Of a stretch of 64,000 nucleotides of DNA, positions 24,040 through 36,666 are shown one piece after another; position 1 is the stretch's first letter; the number at the start of each line of letters is the position of its first letter. A program made the translations under genes and the position numbers. The notes under the pieces were generated by a model. The model was not told where the DNA came from, searched no databases, and saw only the letters and a program-made list of their open reading frames with translations. The stretch covers positions 118,685 to 182,684 of the forward strand of contig RDEW01000051.1 in NCBI GenBank assembly GCA_011109175.1, given 5' to 3'. This DNA is from Dicyema japonicum (Eukaryota; Animalia; Dicyemida).

Positions 24040-25075
24040 GTTGGCTTACCTCAACCAGACATAGTCAGCCATAGTTTGGAAAAACTCAAGAACTCAATCA
24101 TCACGTCCATTCTGCAGCCAGGAAAACCGAAAGGAGATCCCACATCCCACCGGCTGTTTCACTAACTTGCATGCCCCCACCGGTCACTCCCTCGATCTAA
24201 CAACGTTGTCACGGCTTTAATGCGGTTCCATAGACACGTGGACAGTTTGCGAACTCTCAAGACGGCTTGGGAAAGTTTGTTACGATAACCTCAGATTGAG
24301 ATTACTACCAAACGGTGTGCTCCAGGGTTCTCCACTCTCCTCAGCCTCTTTAACCTGTTCCTGCACGACCTATCTACGGCCAATGATGAAGATTCCCTAT
24401 TGACCGTTCTGCATCCCCCAAGACCCAACTGAAGGGAGTACACGAGTACCTAACCGTCTTATAATATCAACCACCAGGTCAACATGCACCCTGTTCACCT
24501 CTGAGTGTAAAATAAGGAGGAACCCAAAATTTTAATTGATCTGTTCAAACACCCGTCACTCGCTCTACAATTCTGGGAGTCACATATGACAAACTGATGT
24601 GTTTTACCATAATCCAGAAATTAAACTCCATAAGTGCATTGGTTCCTAGGAATCTTATCCACGTGGACGAAATTTATCAACAAACTATCCCCCGACTGTG
24701 GAGTACGCCTCAGTCGAGTTGATTCTCGCTTTCCTAGGCAAAACTTAAAAAGTCTCTACTCTATATCAAAAGACCCTCAGTATGCTGAGCTCTCAAGCAG
24801 GAATAACCTCCGAACTCCTACTAACGGAAGGTCTTTGCTTCCCCTTACAATATTTTGTGCGAAAGAAGATCGATCGGCACAGAAATTACTTCTCCCGATT
24901 GATTTCCTTTGCGAACTCATAGGGAGACGTTTCCGATCAACGGCGGGCACGAAGGGGAACATAGCCACAGGATGGTAGGACTGATCGCGGTGACTGAGAT
25001 CACTTAATAGGTTGACTTTTTCCTTGCCTTTCTTCCTCGGTAGCCTTTGGATTCAATAAAAAACTATTTTTTGCA
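24040..25075 (+). mobile_element. Ingi-like RT-to-3'UTR relic
   Basis: Degenerate LLPNGVLQGSP...LFNLFLHDL; ends GAGATCACTTAA...cttcctcggtagcctttggattcaataaaaa, similar to the family A 3' end. Confidence 0.7.
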
Positions 25076-25772
25076 AAATTGTCACATCATACCCCACGTG
25101 AGTTGATAGAAAATGAGAGTATCATTCCTACACTGTCCATGCAGACGACTTAATAATTGTCCTATGTCATAGCGTGGGATGACAAGACCAGTTTATCACT
25201 AACAATCTCTGAGTTTTGCCTCAAGAGATCGGTCCCCTTTTCCTTTAAAAAACGAAAAATACGGATAATGGAATAGAGTTTTGTAACTGAAGTTTCAAGA
25301 TCATTATGTGATTGGGGATAAAGGAGATTAACGGAAGACCAAGAGAACTTCAATCGAAAGCTATAATCAAAAGCGCATTAGTTAACGAAAACTTTTCAAT
25401 CCATGTTGTGACCGAAGAGCATTTAGATTTTGTTGTTAAGGGAGTTTCCACAGATGAAAAAAAGTCTATTATCAAAAAATAAATTGTAATTAATTAACAC
25501 TGCAAGCTGAATTCTCCTCTTTGGGCATTGCCCTTTGTATCACTCTCACTGTTCCCCTTGTATACCACTTGAGAAAGCAAATCACTAGACAAGACAGCTC
25601 TTGGTTCCTCTTCGACGTCACCTCCGAGTTCAAAGCCTCTTGATCAACTTTCAGCCCATGTCTATGCTCTTTTAACATGCTCTCTAAAGTTTTTTTAATC
25701 GTCATGATTGGATGTACGCCCTTGTAGACATCCAAGTTGAGTCTTTCCATATAGGACTTGTAGTACTTTGTA

Positions 25773-26106
25773 CTAATAATAATATAATAATAACAGCTTT
25801 TTCACGGAACCGTGGTATTAGCTCCGCATAGGCAGGACACACACTTTATTTAAGTAAAGAACAGTTAATTTTAACTAATCGTAGAACCAAGGAATGATTC
25901 TTCACTTCTTTTTTTTCTTTTCTTGTGTGAGTGTCCTTTCTAGACAATCCAGTTCCGCAGTGAGTATTCACTGATGACGGCGTCACTCGTCAACCCTTTC
26001 CGCATCGTAGATGCGTGGAACCTCTCCACCAGGTGAACAGCAGCGAGATTCGGAACCCGTAGCCTAAGCCACTTAAGCCCGACACCTAACCACTAAGTCA
26101 CCCGAC
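25773..26106 (-). mobile_element. Family B SINE, full length with tRNA-like head
   Basis: Reverse strand: A-box TGACTTAGTGG, B-box-like GGTTCCGAATC, shared body, (TTA)n tail; about 95% identical to 23123-23340. Confidence 0.88.
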
Positions 26107-27249
26107 TTTGTTACTACTCCGTCCCATGTAAAAACAATCTGAATTATTGTCATCTTGGCCTTGTGAATTTGTGCTAGTTGTCCTGCCAGAAGATCGTATT
26201 TGTGGAGTTATTCCACTTCAACATGTTTTAGCTAAATAATGACTTTTTTGACTGAACACTGTTGACGTATTTTATACAAAAGCTCGAAAAATTATAAAAT
26301 AAAAATCAATAAAAATTTGAATTTATTGACCTTAAAAATTAAATTTTGACCAGTTTTGACAGTACAAAAAATTTTGACTTTTTGAAGGAACAAAAATAGG
26401 AGACATTAGCACTGATTCCCACATTTTGACGATAAAAACGAAATTTTTAATTTTGTGCAAAAACGTGTTTGATGCAAATTTATTCAACTGTAATGCCTAA
26501 TGGTCTCATTATGGTAGTCACTTGATTATTACTGATAGGTTTGACTTTGGAGTATTTTGTCGGGGGAAATCGAAGACTAAGATGGAAGAATATTGCCGTA
26601 ATATTTACAGTAACTCTCTCACGTGGTGATAGTGATTTAGTGTAACTTGTGATGAATATAATTCTAATAAATTGCTGACTTAAATGTGAATTGGCACTGT
26701 GTGATTTGCTCTCCTCACTCCATTGTAAGTGTTCCCACATCTGTAAGGACTAGAGGCTTTCTCCCCTTTCCACTTATGAGTAGATCTCGAAAGCAATTGA
26801 AACGAAATTGCCTTTTATTGCGGCTATTTTGGAAATATTAGTCGAAAACCTATTTCTTAGTTTCCATATTTGACCACGTGGTCTTGGATTCTCAGTTTAC
26901 GATGCTTCCCGTGATCTTTTGACTCAGATCACGTAAAGCGAAAGTATATGCTCTAAAAATGGGCATTGAAGACGCTGAAATTCAGGTTCCTTGTAACCCT
27001 ACTTATTTGAATCTTCTGAAGCCACCAACCCTAACAAGAGGTTGAGTTTCTTCCCTATCGACAATAAAACTTTAACGATCTGTCTCTCGTCTTTCTACCA
27101 GGAATGTAGGACACATTCTGAAATATTATAATTTCCCAAAAAATTAATTATTAAAATAATCAATTTCAAATAATTTTTAAAATTTAAATTTTATTAAATT
27201 GAAAACAAAAACTAATCAAGTTACCTGTTCCAACAAGATTTTTCATAAT

Positions 27250-27843
27250 AGCCATATTGTAGATTGGGTTGAGTCTAACCTAATCAAACACTGAAAACCG
27301 AATTTTGACCAACTGAACTCCAAAAACCCTCGTTATTCACCATAAACTGACCTAGTTGCTGATTTCCAATTTGACTGAGGTAGTCTAAGTTAAATGCCGA
27401 AGCATACCATAGTACGACTGCAGATAATTCTTCTGGTCTCCTTGACCTACTCTTCTCTGGCTTTGCGGAAATCCACGTGTGCCGTAACTATTGATTTAAA
27501 ATATGAATTTCGGATGACCCAAATGAAGTGATAGTTACCTTTTAGGGAGGTAATTCTGGTTATAGCCGTAATAGGGATTAAGGGACTGGAGGTAAGTTAG
27601 GTTCATGTTGATGTCAGTCGGCATTTTCCCTTTGGAAATTTTCCGATTGTGGAGATTAATCTTTTTATGAATTTTCCGCGGTTCCTCGAAAAGGGATGGG
27701 TTTAAATTCCGTGATCTCATCGGGACATGGTTCTTCAATTTTGTTTTACAGCTGCCCATGGAATAAAACCCGTTGCAGATGTTTTCGGGAGAATCATAAT
27801 TATAGCTTTCACTATTTTCGGAATTTCTTGATAAATCGCTCAT
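27250..27843 (-). CDS. Unassigned gene, first exon 27535-27843; end uncertain
   Basis: 102-codon ORF beginning at an ATG next to the AT island at 27900-27990 and ending at a GTAAC donor; no family recognised. Confidence 0.35.
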
Positions 27844-27994
27844 ATCAAATTCAATTTTTGTTCTGAATATTATTTAAAATGAGGACAGTGAATTGCCGAT
27901 TATTCTATATATTTTATTTTAAAATTAATTTTATATTTTTTTATTATTAAATAAAATTATAGATCATAATTTTATCCCCATATTAAAGTTATAT

Positions 27995-29430
27995 TAAGTG
28001 GCCTTCGACTCTGTCTCAAGAAAATTCCTAGCCAGGAAATTGTTTGCCCTCCCCGTCAACCCCAATATAAAACTTTGGCTTGCTAACTTCATCAATGGAA
28101 GAAGAGCCCGGGTATACATGGATGGGACCAAATCAGTTTCAAGATTACTACCAATGGTGTCCCACAAGGTTCCCCTTTATTTCCCGCCTTATTTAACTCA
28201 TTCATTTCCAATTTACCACAACCTGATAATAAAGACGATTTCCTCCTATCATATACTGATGACCTATTAATCGGATCCCGCAATCAAGATCTTTTAAAGG
28301 CATCAGAAAGACTACAAGAATACCTTCACAAGATTCAAATTTGGCTAAATTATAACCGGCTTGATATATCTACTGAAAAATCTTCGTCCTTATTTACCTC
28401 AGACAAACGACTTGGACAAATACCTTTCACGTAGAAACTGAAAATCTTGGGGATCACCTTCGACACACACATGTCCTTTTCATCTCATATTGACGACATC
28501 TCCGGAAGCTGCTCAAAAAAGCTAGGGATAATCAAATTTATTTTCAGTGTCATTAAGACCCTGTTTCCAACATTGAAATTTTTGTACAAACAATTCATTG
28601 AGCCATCTGTCAGCAATGCCTGTACGTCATGGGGAATCAATCTGTCCTGGACGAACAAACAAAGAATCCGCGACATTCAGGCCTTGACATCCACTACTAT
28701 TAGTAATCTTGGGAAACTAGAAAAACTCCCTCCCTCGTTTCTTGAAGACCTTATCCGACAAAATGGAAAGGGATTTGCTTCACTGTGCAAGCAGTTCGAG
28801 TCCCAACAGTACACAGCCAGGACGTGTCTTATGAGAATGGTATACATCACCCCTCTATTCCTCGAATCATTCCGCCCATAGAAAAGTTTCGTTGGATCCC
28901 AGAAGGAAAGGATTTTATTTATTTAGAACCCCGGGATCACCGAGAAAGAAAGACAGAAAAAATGTCAGACAGTTAGGCAATCTCAGTTCCCGCAATCAAA
29001 TGAGTCATCCAGCGTCTGTGGTCTCCCATTGTTCCCACTACTATAGGAAAGAGCCTTCTCTCATTCCTGCAGAAGAAACTGATTTGGGAAGGGAACTTCT
29101 TTACCAATCGACCTTCTTTTGCCTTGGAAAAGGATAGACCAAGCGTGTTTCCTTCCTCCAACAGACCTGAAAGAATCCGGTTCCACGACAACAGGTCATA
29201 GCTTCCGTGAGTAGGGGATCAACCATTGATCCAGAGTGAGGGCCCATCATACATATAGTTTTCCGGTATATCGAATTGATTCTGTGGAGCGTAGTCACTG
29301 ATAACGCGAATCTCCAGAAGCATCCAAATTCAAAGGAGTCCTCCAGACACGTAGAAAATGAGAAATCTGATTGAGGCCTTCACTTACTTAATTTAGTAAT
29401 TAAATTAGCTATTGGTGTTATTGGGTGGTT
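27995..29430 (+). mobile_element. Ingi-like RT-to-3'UTR relic, close relative of the 16950-19870 copy
   Basis: AFDSVSRKFLARKLF..NPNIKLWLANF.NGRRARVYMDGTKS; LGITFDTHMSF; 3' UTR aattaaattagctattggtgtt shared with copy 1. Confidence 0.85.
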
Positions 29431-29436
29431 GTTGTA

Positions 29437-29570
29437 GCCACGTGGCGCCATGCGGTGCTGTGTGGCCAGTTGGCCAAAAATTTATTTTCCTTCCCTCGAT
29501 GGCGTCATTGGATCCAGCTTACTGAGGAGATGTAACGCCTGACCGCCATTAAAAGGATCAAACTATTCTT
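29437..29570 (+). mobile_element. Family A divergent 5' portion
   Basis: gccacgtggcgccatgcggtgctg head, then ggcgtcattggatcc...aaaaggatca. Confidence 0.65.
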
Positions 29571-29685
29571 TCCCCGGGGACAATGTCGTTACCTGTAGAC
29601 AAGCTCTGGAACTCTGGAACGAGTCAGGATCAGTTTATAGTCACCCTTGTCATTTGAATAATTAATTTTTTAAGATGGCCTTTGT

Positions 29686-29860
29686 GGAAACCCTTCCGTA
29701 GAGTGGGGGGAGCAAATGATCATTTTTCGTGCCACTCTGGCACTGGGCTCCACCTGAGACAGGTTGATCACATGAAGCCACTCTATAGAATAGGAGAGAG
29801 AAGTAGCAGATGAAACATACAGAAATCTTCAATCAAGTAGCCACATTGAACCACGTGGCT
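29686..29860 (-). mobile_element. Family A 5' half with the best-pairing HDV-like fold (29717-29779)
   Basis: Reverse strand GGCTTC-ATG-TGATCA-ACC-TGTCTCA-GGT-GGAGCC-CA-GTGCCA-GAG-TGGCA-CGAAAAA-TGATCA. Confidence 0.85.
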
Positions 29861-29869
29861 TTATGATAA

Positions 29870-31424
29870 GTGGATGGTGGCACGACTATATGAACAAATT
29901 GGATTTGTCGCTGGCCCCTCATGACTTTGTTATGACCACAAGATCGCCCTCTCTCGTCCTGGTTCATTTTCAATTTTTCCTACACGCCAGATCGATCTGA
30001 CGATCTCTGGTACTTTCCCTTCCGGTTCCATTTGAAGTGACCTGGGGGTAAATAAGCAAAATAAAAGATAGTGACATTTAAATCTTGAAGAAGCCCGTCT
30101 TCATGTTCTCGTAAGCTAGAGAAAGTACTAAATAGATGGCGACCAAAAATGGCGTCAATTTTTTCGCTCTGGTGACGTTCCAAAAGGAGAGGACCGTTAC
30201 CAATAAGCCAAAGGTAACCAGAATAACCTTTTAGAAAGTGGGTCATGGGACTGGTAGCTCTGACCAGAACAATGGAGGGGAATGATCCCCCAGATGTGTA
30301 GGGGGTATATAAAATTTGTATGATATTACATCACATAATTCATATGTGAGGTAAGGGAGTCATTCGAACATGGAAGAGAGATTTGATGGTTCATAGTATT
30401 CTACCCAATTAGTCTTACTTCGAGTTTCCCTGATTCTCCCAGACTGGTAACGAATCGGAGAAGGGAATTGGTTCGACAGAATTACAATCTTTTCATTCGA
30501 AAGGGGAACCCCCTATTATGGGAGACCATATGTAATAACTCTTTATCTCCTAACGTCATCGAGAGGGTGGTAATGGACTACCCAGTAGGAGAAAGCTACA
30601 GAGGAATAGAAAGTCATCCTCATCCAAGAGATACTGCACATGTATGACTGGTTTGCAAACTCTACTGTATCTATGGACCTTGAAAAGGGAGTTATCGATT
30701 CATGGCCTAGAAACTCCGTGAACTCTGTTGATTGAAACTTTGCAGCACTCAGGCTTCCCTTCAAATCTGCTACCGCTTTGGCTGGGAATTCCTTCAATCC
30801 TGCTGAATGGGTGTCGTCTATCTTAAGTCTGTCAAAGACCATTTGGTCACTTTTTTTAATTGTAAATTCGAAAAAATCTGCTGAATCGAAAAACTTGCTG
30901 TTCCTAGCAAAGCTTTTTGAAATGAAGTTTTCGTCCTAAAATTCGAGTAGCCTCTCATCCAAATTGACCGGAGACCCCCATAAATTCTTCATAAGTATGT
31001 CAACCGCTAGAATATGGGATAATAAAATAGTGCTTCCAGGACACACTGTCTCGGCGTCTTCGACTCACCTGGATGATGTTTAGACTAATTATCTGAGATC
31101 ACGACTCTTTGGTAAAGAAACAAATACATGAGTCATAATGGAAGACAAGTATACTCTGCAGATAACTACTGCCTTGAATCAAACCAACGACGAGCCTTCT
31201 GAGTTCATTAAGCACATGAAGACTTGAGGAGGGCCAGTGCTTTCGATGTTGGTTCAGTAAGTGGAAAAAATAAAAAAGACCTAATAGGCGTTATACTTCG
31301 TGGAAATCCGCCATCCCCAGTTACTCTTGTTGGTGGACTCGCTGAGCGGTTGGAATGTTTCCCAACTGCCAACACGGGTAGAAGACACCAGTTCACTATG
31401 GTTCTCGACAAACAACTTTATTAG
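29870..31424 (-). CDS. Probable multi-exon host gene of unknown family
   Basis: Successive minus-strand open frames (30543-30842, 29980-30246) of coding-like composition with plausible micro-introns, starting beside the AT island at 31440-31620. Confidence 0.35.
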
Positions 31425-32524
31425 TGAAGAATAGGGCGATTTTTATTTTGACTTTATAAATCGGAAATTTTGACCTAAAAAATTGACTTTAAAATTTCAA
31501 AATTTTGACTTAATGATAAATTTATCTACAAAAAAAATTTTTTAATATAAAAAACTAATCAAAATTTTTATTAAAATGCCGAATAATGTAATTCAAAACG
31601 TTTTCGGGGTTAAAATTTCGGTCTTTAGATAGAAATTTTTCCAAAAAAACTTATCTCAACAAATAGTGATGTGGAAGGACACTTTTTTCAGATAGTTGTA
31701 TACATATGTAGAAATATGTTGTTTTTCCACTTTTGTGATAGAAAGCACTTGATTAACAAATAATCTTAATTCCAGTACTTCCCGATTCTACATAAATCGT
31801 CCCCAAAATGCAATTTCTGAATTTGTTCAACAGCGTCTGAGAGATCTATCGCAAAATCCCTTAGAATTATCTGACAGATAATCAAAGAATTAGCCGCAGA
31901 AGACAATGGGCGACAAGATATTAAAATTATTTTCTTGGGATCAGAAATTCTTCCAATAAGTGTATTGACATACTTCTGTCCTCAGATATTAGTTTCATCA
32001 ATCAAGAAATTTTTTTCAAATCTATAATAAATGCAAATAAAACCTAAAAAATAGCTTGTTTCTGTCAAGCTGCTTCTGGCATAAATTTTCTACACTTTTT
32101 CGGCAAGCGTAAGTAGAAGGAAGATTATGTCCAATACTCTCATACAAGTCTCGTAAGCCTTTACTGTTCAACATTGCAAGTGAATACCGGATTCGACAAA
32201 AGCCTTAGTGACTTCATCGACCCATATGTCGGCAGATGGGACGAGAAAATCAGTTAGTTTTATTGACACCTGTAAAATAGTAATAAAAATAATAAACCTG
32301 CTATTTTGATAAGCTTCTTAGACGATCCATGTGATTCAATAAAAAATTGTTTTTTTGCAGTTACAAATGTCCCACATAAACTAAGAAATTTACCTGTCAT
32401 TCTTGATTGAAGGCAGCATCACAGTGAATGATGATTGATTCCACGATAGTATTTATTTAAAACTCGAAAAAATAAAAAAATCAAAATTAATAAAAATTTT
32501 GACTTTATTGACTTAAAAAATTAG

Positions 32525-32775
32525 CTGCTTCGACCGTAGAAAACTCAAAAATCAAGAAATATTCTTGCCTCGGGGACCGGTACTGATTACTCATGTTGCG
32601 GTCGAGTCATCGGGAGCCGTTGGTCCAATGGCGGCTGAGTTCTTGCGCGAACTTGAAGGAATGCTTGCCAGAAAGAATAGGGTTCAACGAGGTGGGTTAT
32701 GGCTGAGACAAAAGATTGGAATGGCCATACTCCGAGGGAACTCGTTTGCGATCCACGCAGCCGGCTTCCAAAACT
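32525..32775 (+). mobile_element. CRE-like RLE 3' fragment
   Basis: VAVESSGAVGPMAAEFLREL...LWLRQKIGMAILRGNSFAIH; near-identical to 44445-44656 and 47600-47860. Confidence 0.85.
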
Positions 32776-33397
32776 TGAGGATTGAAACAAATCCAATGAA
32801 ATACTCCAAATTGCTAGAAAATCTCAGAATCCATTTCAGACCAGCTTGTGAAGTAGGACTGTCTTCTTCAAGTCGGAAAAGATTTTACTGGAATTCAAGG
32901 AAAACTTAAGGAAAAGAATGCTCACTTAAGGTTTTTAGCCGGGGGATTCAAGTTTTTTGTTCTTCATCCGGTCTACTATAGTTAGTGGACCCAAAGAAAG
33001 ATGATTCAAGCAAGAAAGTCCCATCTCAGTGTTGGAAGGGTAGCATGGCGCTTGATCCACAGCCACTGCCAAGCAAGCACTATGATATTTGCTTGGTAAA
33101 GAAGGTCTGTCCGCCACAGTTGTCTGCTTTAGGCAGTTGCGTCTCTTCTACTTTGAAGGGACGTGAGTAAATAAATCCGAAATATCTAACAAAAATAATC
33201 CAGTCAGCCTCAGGAAAAGCAGAAGTCCAAGAAGAGAAAAAATACGTGACCTTAGGAGGACAGTTCGTTTTCAATCCCATCCTAGTCGAGCCTATTCCAT
33301 GCAATCGTAAGGGAGGATGGTTCCCAACCACGAGACCAAATTACTAGCCAATAACACTCTATGAGATTAATAAATCATTTCAATAAAAAAGTTGAAA

Positions 33398-34000
33398 CTA
33401 CTTAAAATTTGAATATTGATTACAGTACGAGTTGGCTGCCTTGAGGGCTTCTTTGTCGATAACAAAATATCCCATTCTATGACGTAGCGGGAGTTCTATA
33501 AGGATACTGCATATTGGGCATTGAACGGTCCAAAAGGTAGTTGAGAGTTGTCTTAGAATGCAGGCAAGGCACATTGTGTGGTCACATCGTCTCAATTTAT
33601 TTGGGACTCTTTTCTTCTCATCGTAAATCTCAGAACATGCAGAACAGAATGGGGTACCCCTATTATATTTAAAATAACGATTACTCTCCGGCCATCAAGC
33701 TTTGATATGATGGAGGCAACATCGCTTTACCTCCATATTCCCGGAAAATACGATTTAAGCAATACGGCTAGCCGTAACTGCACGTGTGCAGATTAACAAT
33801 CCGAATGAGTCTATGCAAAATTGATGTGATGGATTCACGTGTCTCTTACAGGAATCTAATGGTGGTTAACAAGACACATCGAGACCAGAAAGAGGGGAGT
33901 TCACTTTTCTTGCTGAATCATCGAATGGTCTGAGCCTTGGAGATTTAAATGAGAGCTATTTAGAGCCTAATCTTCCCTCAATGCTCGCTCTCTGTTTGCT
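33398..34000 (-). CDS. RING-HC zinc-finger protein (start approximate)
   Basis: CSACSEIYDEKKRVPNKLRRCDHTMCLACILRQLSTTFWTVQCPIC gives a C3HC4 RING. Confidence 0.75.
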
Positions 34001-34959
34001 CACAATCCTGCACAGGTGGACTTAAACTAAGAAAATTCTAGTGGTCTTCAAATTAAAAAATAAAATAATTTAGTTAATTAAATTGATTTTTATATACTCA
34101 TTTAAAAAAATTATTACTCATTAAAAATTCTGACAAAAAAATGATTAAATTAGTCTTGTTCATACCTTGTGTGGTTAACAATTGTGTCCTACTGTAGGAT
34201 GTTGAGGATTGATAATGCAGCAATTTCAGGATGAACTCTGATGATATGATAGCTCATGACTCATTGCAGATAAGAATGATTAGATTGACTTTTTCCATTA
34301 TAATCGATATTTAAGTGCCAATTAAAAAAGTATTATAAATTAAGGAGTTCTGATGTGGAGCGCATTCACTTACGATTCGTGCAAAAATACCATGAAATGA
34401 GAGTATTCCAAAGACCAGGGGTAAACTAACTAAACCCATTCCTTTACTTCCACCAATACACACCATTGGCCTATTAAATCAATTAAGGAGAATTGTCATT
34501 AAAAGACGGTAATAATGTTACTGTAGGCCTCTATGATCTTTACGTTACACGATGTCCATGTCTCTTCTCTTCCAGTGATTTGTTTCTGAATCCTGGATTA
34601 ATCTCTATAAGGGAGAAGGCTTCTTTCCATATCTTGGAGGGATTCCAGTCGGACTCTCAATCTAAGGAATGCTACGGAGAGTTGGTTATTTAAAGGAAAT
34701 CTTGTTTGGGTTCCGTGAGGTTCCCTCAGTATTCTCATCTTCTTTCTGATCCTCGAAGCTACAAGTTCCACAAGCGGATAAAGGGTGACTCAGAGGATGG
34801 AGGGGGTCTTTTTGGTTTGATCATTAGGAAGCGATCTCAATAAGTCTAGATCATCTGCAGATTTCAACACCCTTTCCAATGTTTGAGGTCATTTCCTAGG
34901 AAAACCGGCAGAGTTACTATGGTCTTCTATTGAGGCCAATATATTAGTGAAGACGACTT

Positions 34960-36660
34960 ATTTTATTTAACCCAAGACCACCAGGAAAGATAGGTCAAAA
35001 CTAACTAATTGGGTGATCTCAGCTTCCAGCAACATCCGGACTCTTTTCAATTGGTCTTCTGATGATCCAACCCCACTCCGGAAGCGTCTTCTCTTGCTTC
35101 TGCAAAGGAATTCGATCGGCGTGCACTTTTTTGTTGCCGACCGAAATTCCTCTGCATGGGTTTCCCAGTTCCTTGCAGAAACGTAGGAAACCCTGGCCAA
35201 TTTTCAACGTTGCCTCATCAAAAACGAGGTCGCCAATGGGATGTCCGTGCGGTGCATAATTCTCCGCCTGAGGGAGTTCGAACGGTCCACTCTCGAAAGA
35301 GGAATCGCAAACCTCCAGGCGGAGCAGGCATATTCAATGGTCGGTATGATTACTTGTTGATAGACCTTGCTGATGCAGTCGGCCGGGGGGAAAGGGCTTT
35401 TTTATCATCGGATTCAGAATGTTCCATTTCCGAAAACCCTAAACGAGCACCTCCTCCACGTGACTCGAGAACGTCAACAGAGAGTCGAAAACTACACCAA
35501 GGATCTTCTGGGTCCGCGTAGAAGGGATGGGAGTGTTTCCGATGGATATCTCAAGCCCACTTTTAAACCTTCTGTCCGTAGTGAGTAATGTGAACTGAGA
35601 CTTGGATGTTATACACATAACGTATTTGCAGATAGCCAGTCACAAATTCGGTTTAGGTGTGTCTGAACAGTTGCTACAGCCATGGAAGGAGATTTATTTT
35701 TTGCAGCGAATATTAGGTCGTCCGCATAGGACAAAAACATAGTGTCCTGGTCATTGGTAGTAGGTAGGTCATGTAGAAATAGGTTGAAAAGGAGAGGAGA
35801 TAAAGGGAGCCTTGCGGGACTCCATTGGGAGTAGTCTTGATTTTGAAGTGGTTTTGTCAATATGGACCCTTCCGCGTCGTCCAGTTAAGAAATTTTCCAG
35901 CCATAGCTTGATGTTTGGGTGTAAGTTCGAGTTAAAAATCTTTTGCGTTAGGAGTTTCCTCGGAACAGAGTCAAAGGCCTTCTGTATGTCGATGGATACT
36001 AAGCCCGTCCTTAAGTGTGTATTCATGTTGAAGCCGTCAGTAATAAACTGGGAGATAGAACCCAAATGAGTCGTTGTAGAACGGTCTGCCCTAAAACCAT
36101 GTTGAATCTCTGGTAGATGTAGAACAGGAGAGATGCGCATTAACACAAGCTTTTCCAGTACTTTTGATAAAACACAAGTTATTGAGATGGAACGGTAAGA
36201 AGAGGGAACGTCTTTTGGTTTTCTGGGCTTTAGGATTGGCGTAATCAGGGAGTTTTTCCATATATTAGGTAGCGCATGGTAGTTGATAGAGTCGTTGTAC
36301 AGTCTTGATAGTATGGCCCGTGCCTGAGGTCCAAGATGTTTAAGGTGAATAGTGCAAATACCGTTGGGACTACAACACGAATGGGACGTAGAAATTTAAT
36401 AGCTCTTTCAACATCATCGGGGGTGAAGAAAGTGGACTATGGTCTTTTTGTGGCCGGCGCCGTTTAACAAGTGTAGAACGAGAAAAATTTTTATGGCTGA
36501 TCGATACGTAATACTTCATAATCTTGTTTGCGAGTTTGCGTGCGGGTTCCGAAGCGTTGCGGGTAACAGCCTCAGCTCCGCGGTCCTCCTCATTGATAAG
36601 GCTATTGATCCTTCTTAGTGATTTCCAAAATATGGCACAAGAGTCTTTGTGACATGCACA
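34960..36660 (-). mobile_element. Ingi-like RT relic, immediately 3' of LINE copy 2
   Basis: QHGFRADRSTTTHL, IDIQKAFDSVP, FLSYADD; 3' end GAGATCACCC...ggtcttgggttaaataaa at about 34965-35020. Confidence 0.85.
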
Positions 36661-36666
36661 CAAATT

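Noticed and set aside
25960-25995. CTGATGA in family B suggesting a hammerhead ribozyme
   Set aside because: No GAAA after a stem II and no stem I/III arrangement; it also lies antisense to the SINE.
26035-26106. Possible tRNA gene
   Set aside because: A and B boxes are present but there is no proper acceptor stem; it is continuous with the SINE body, so it is treated as the SINE head.
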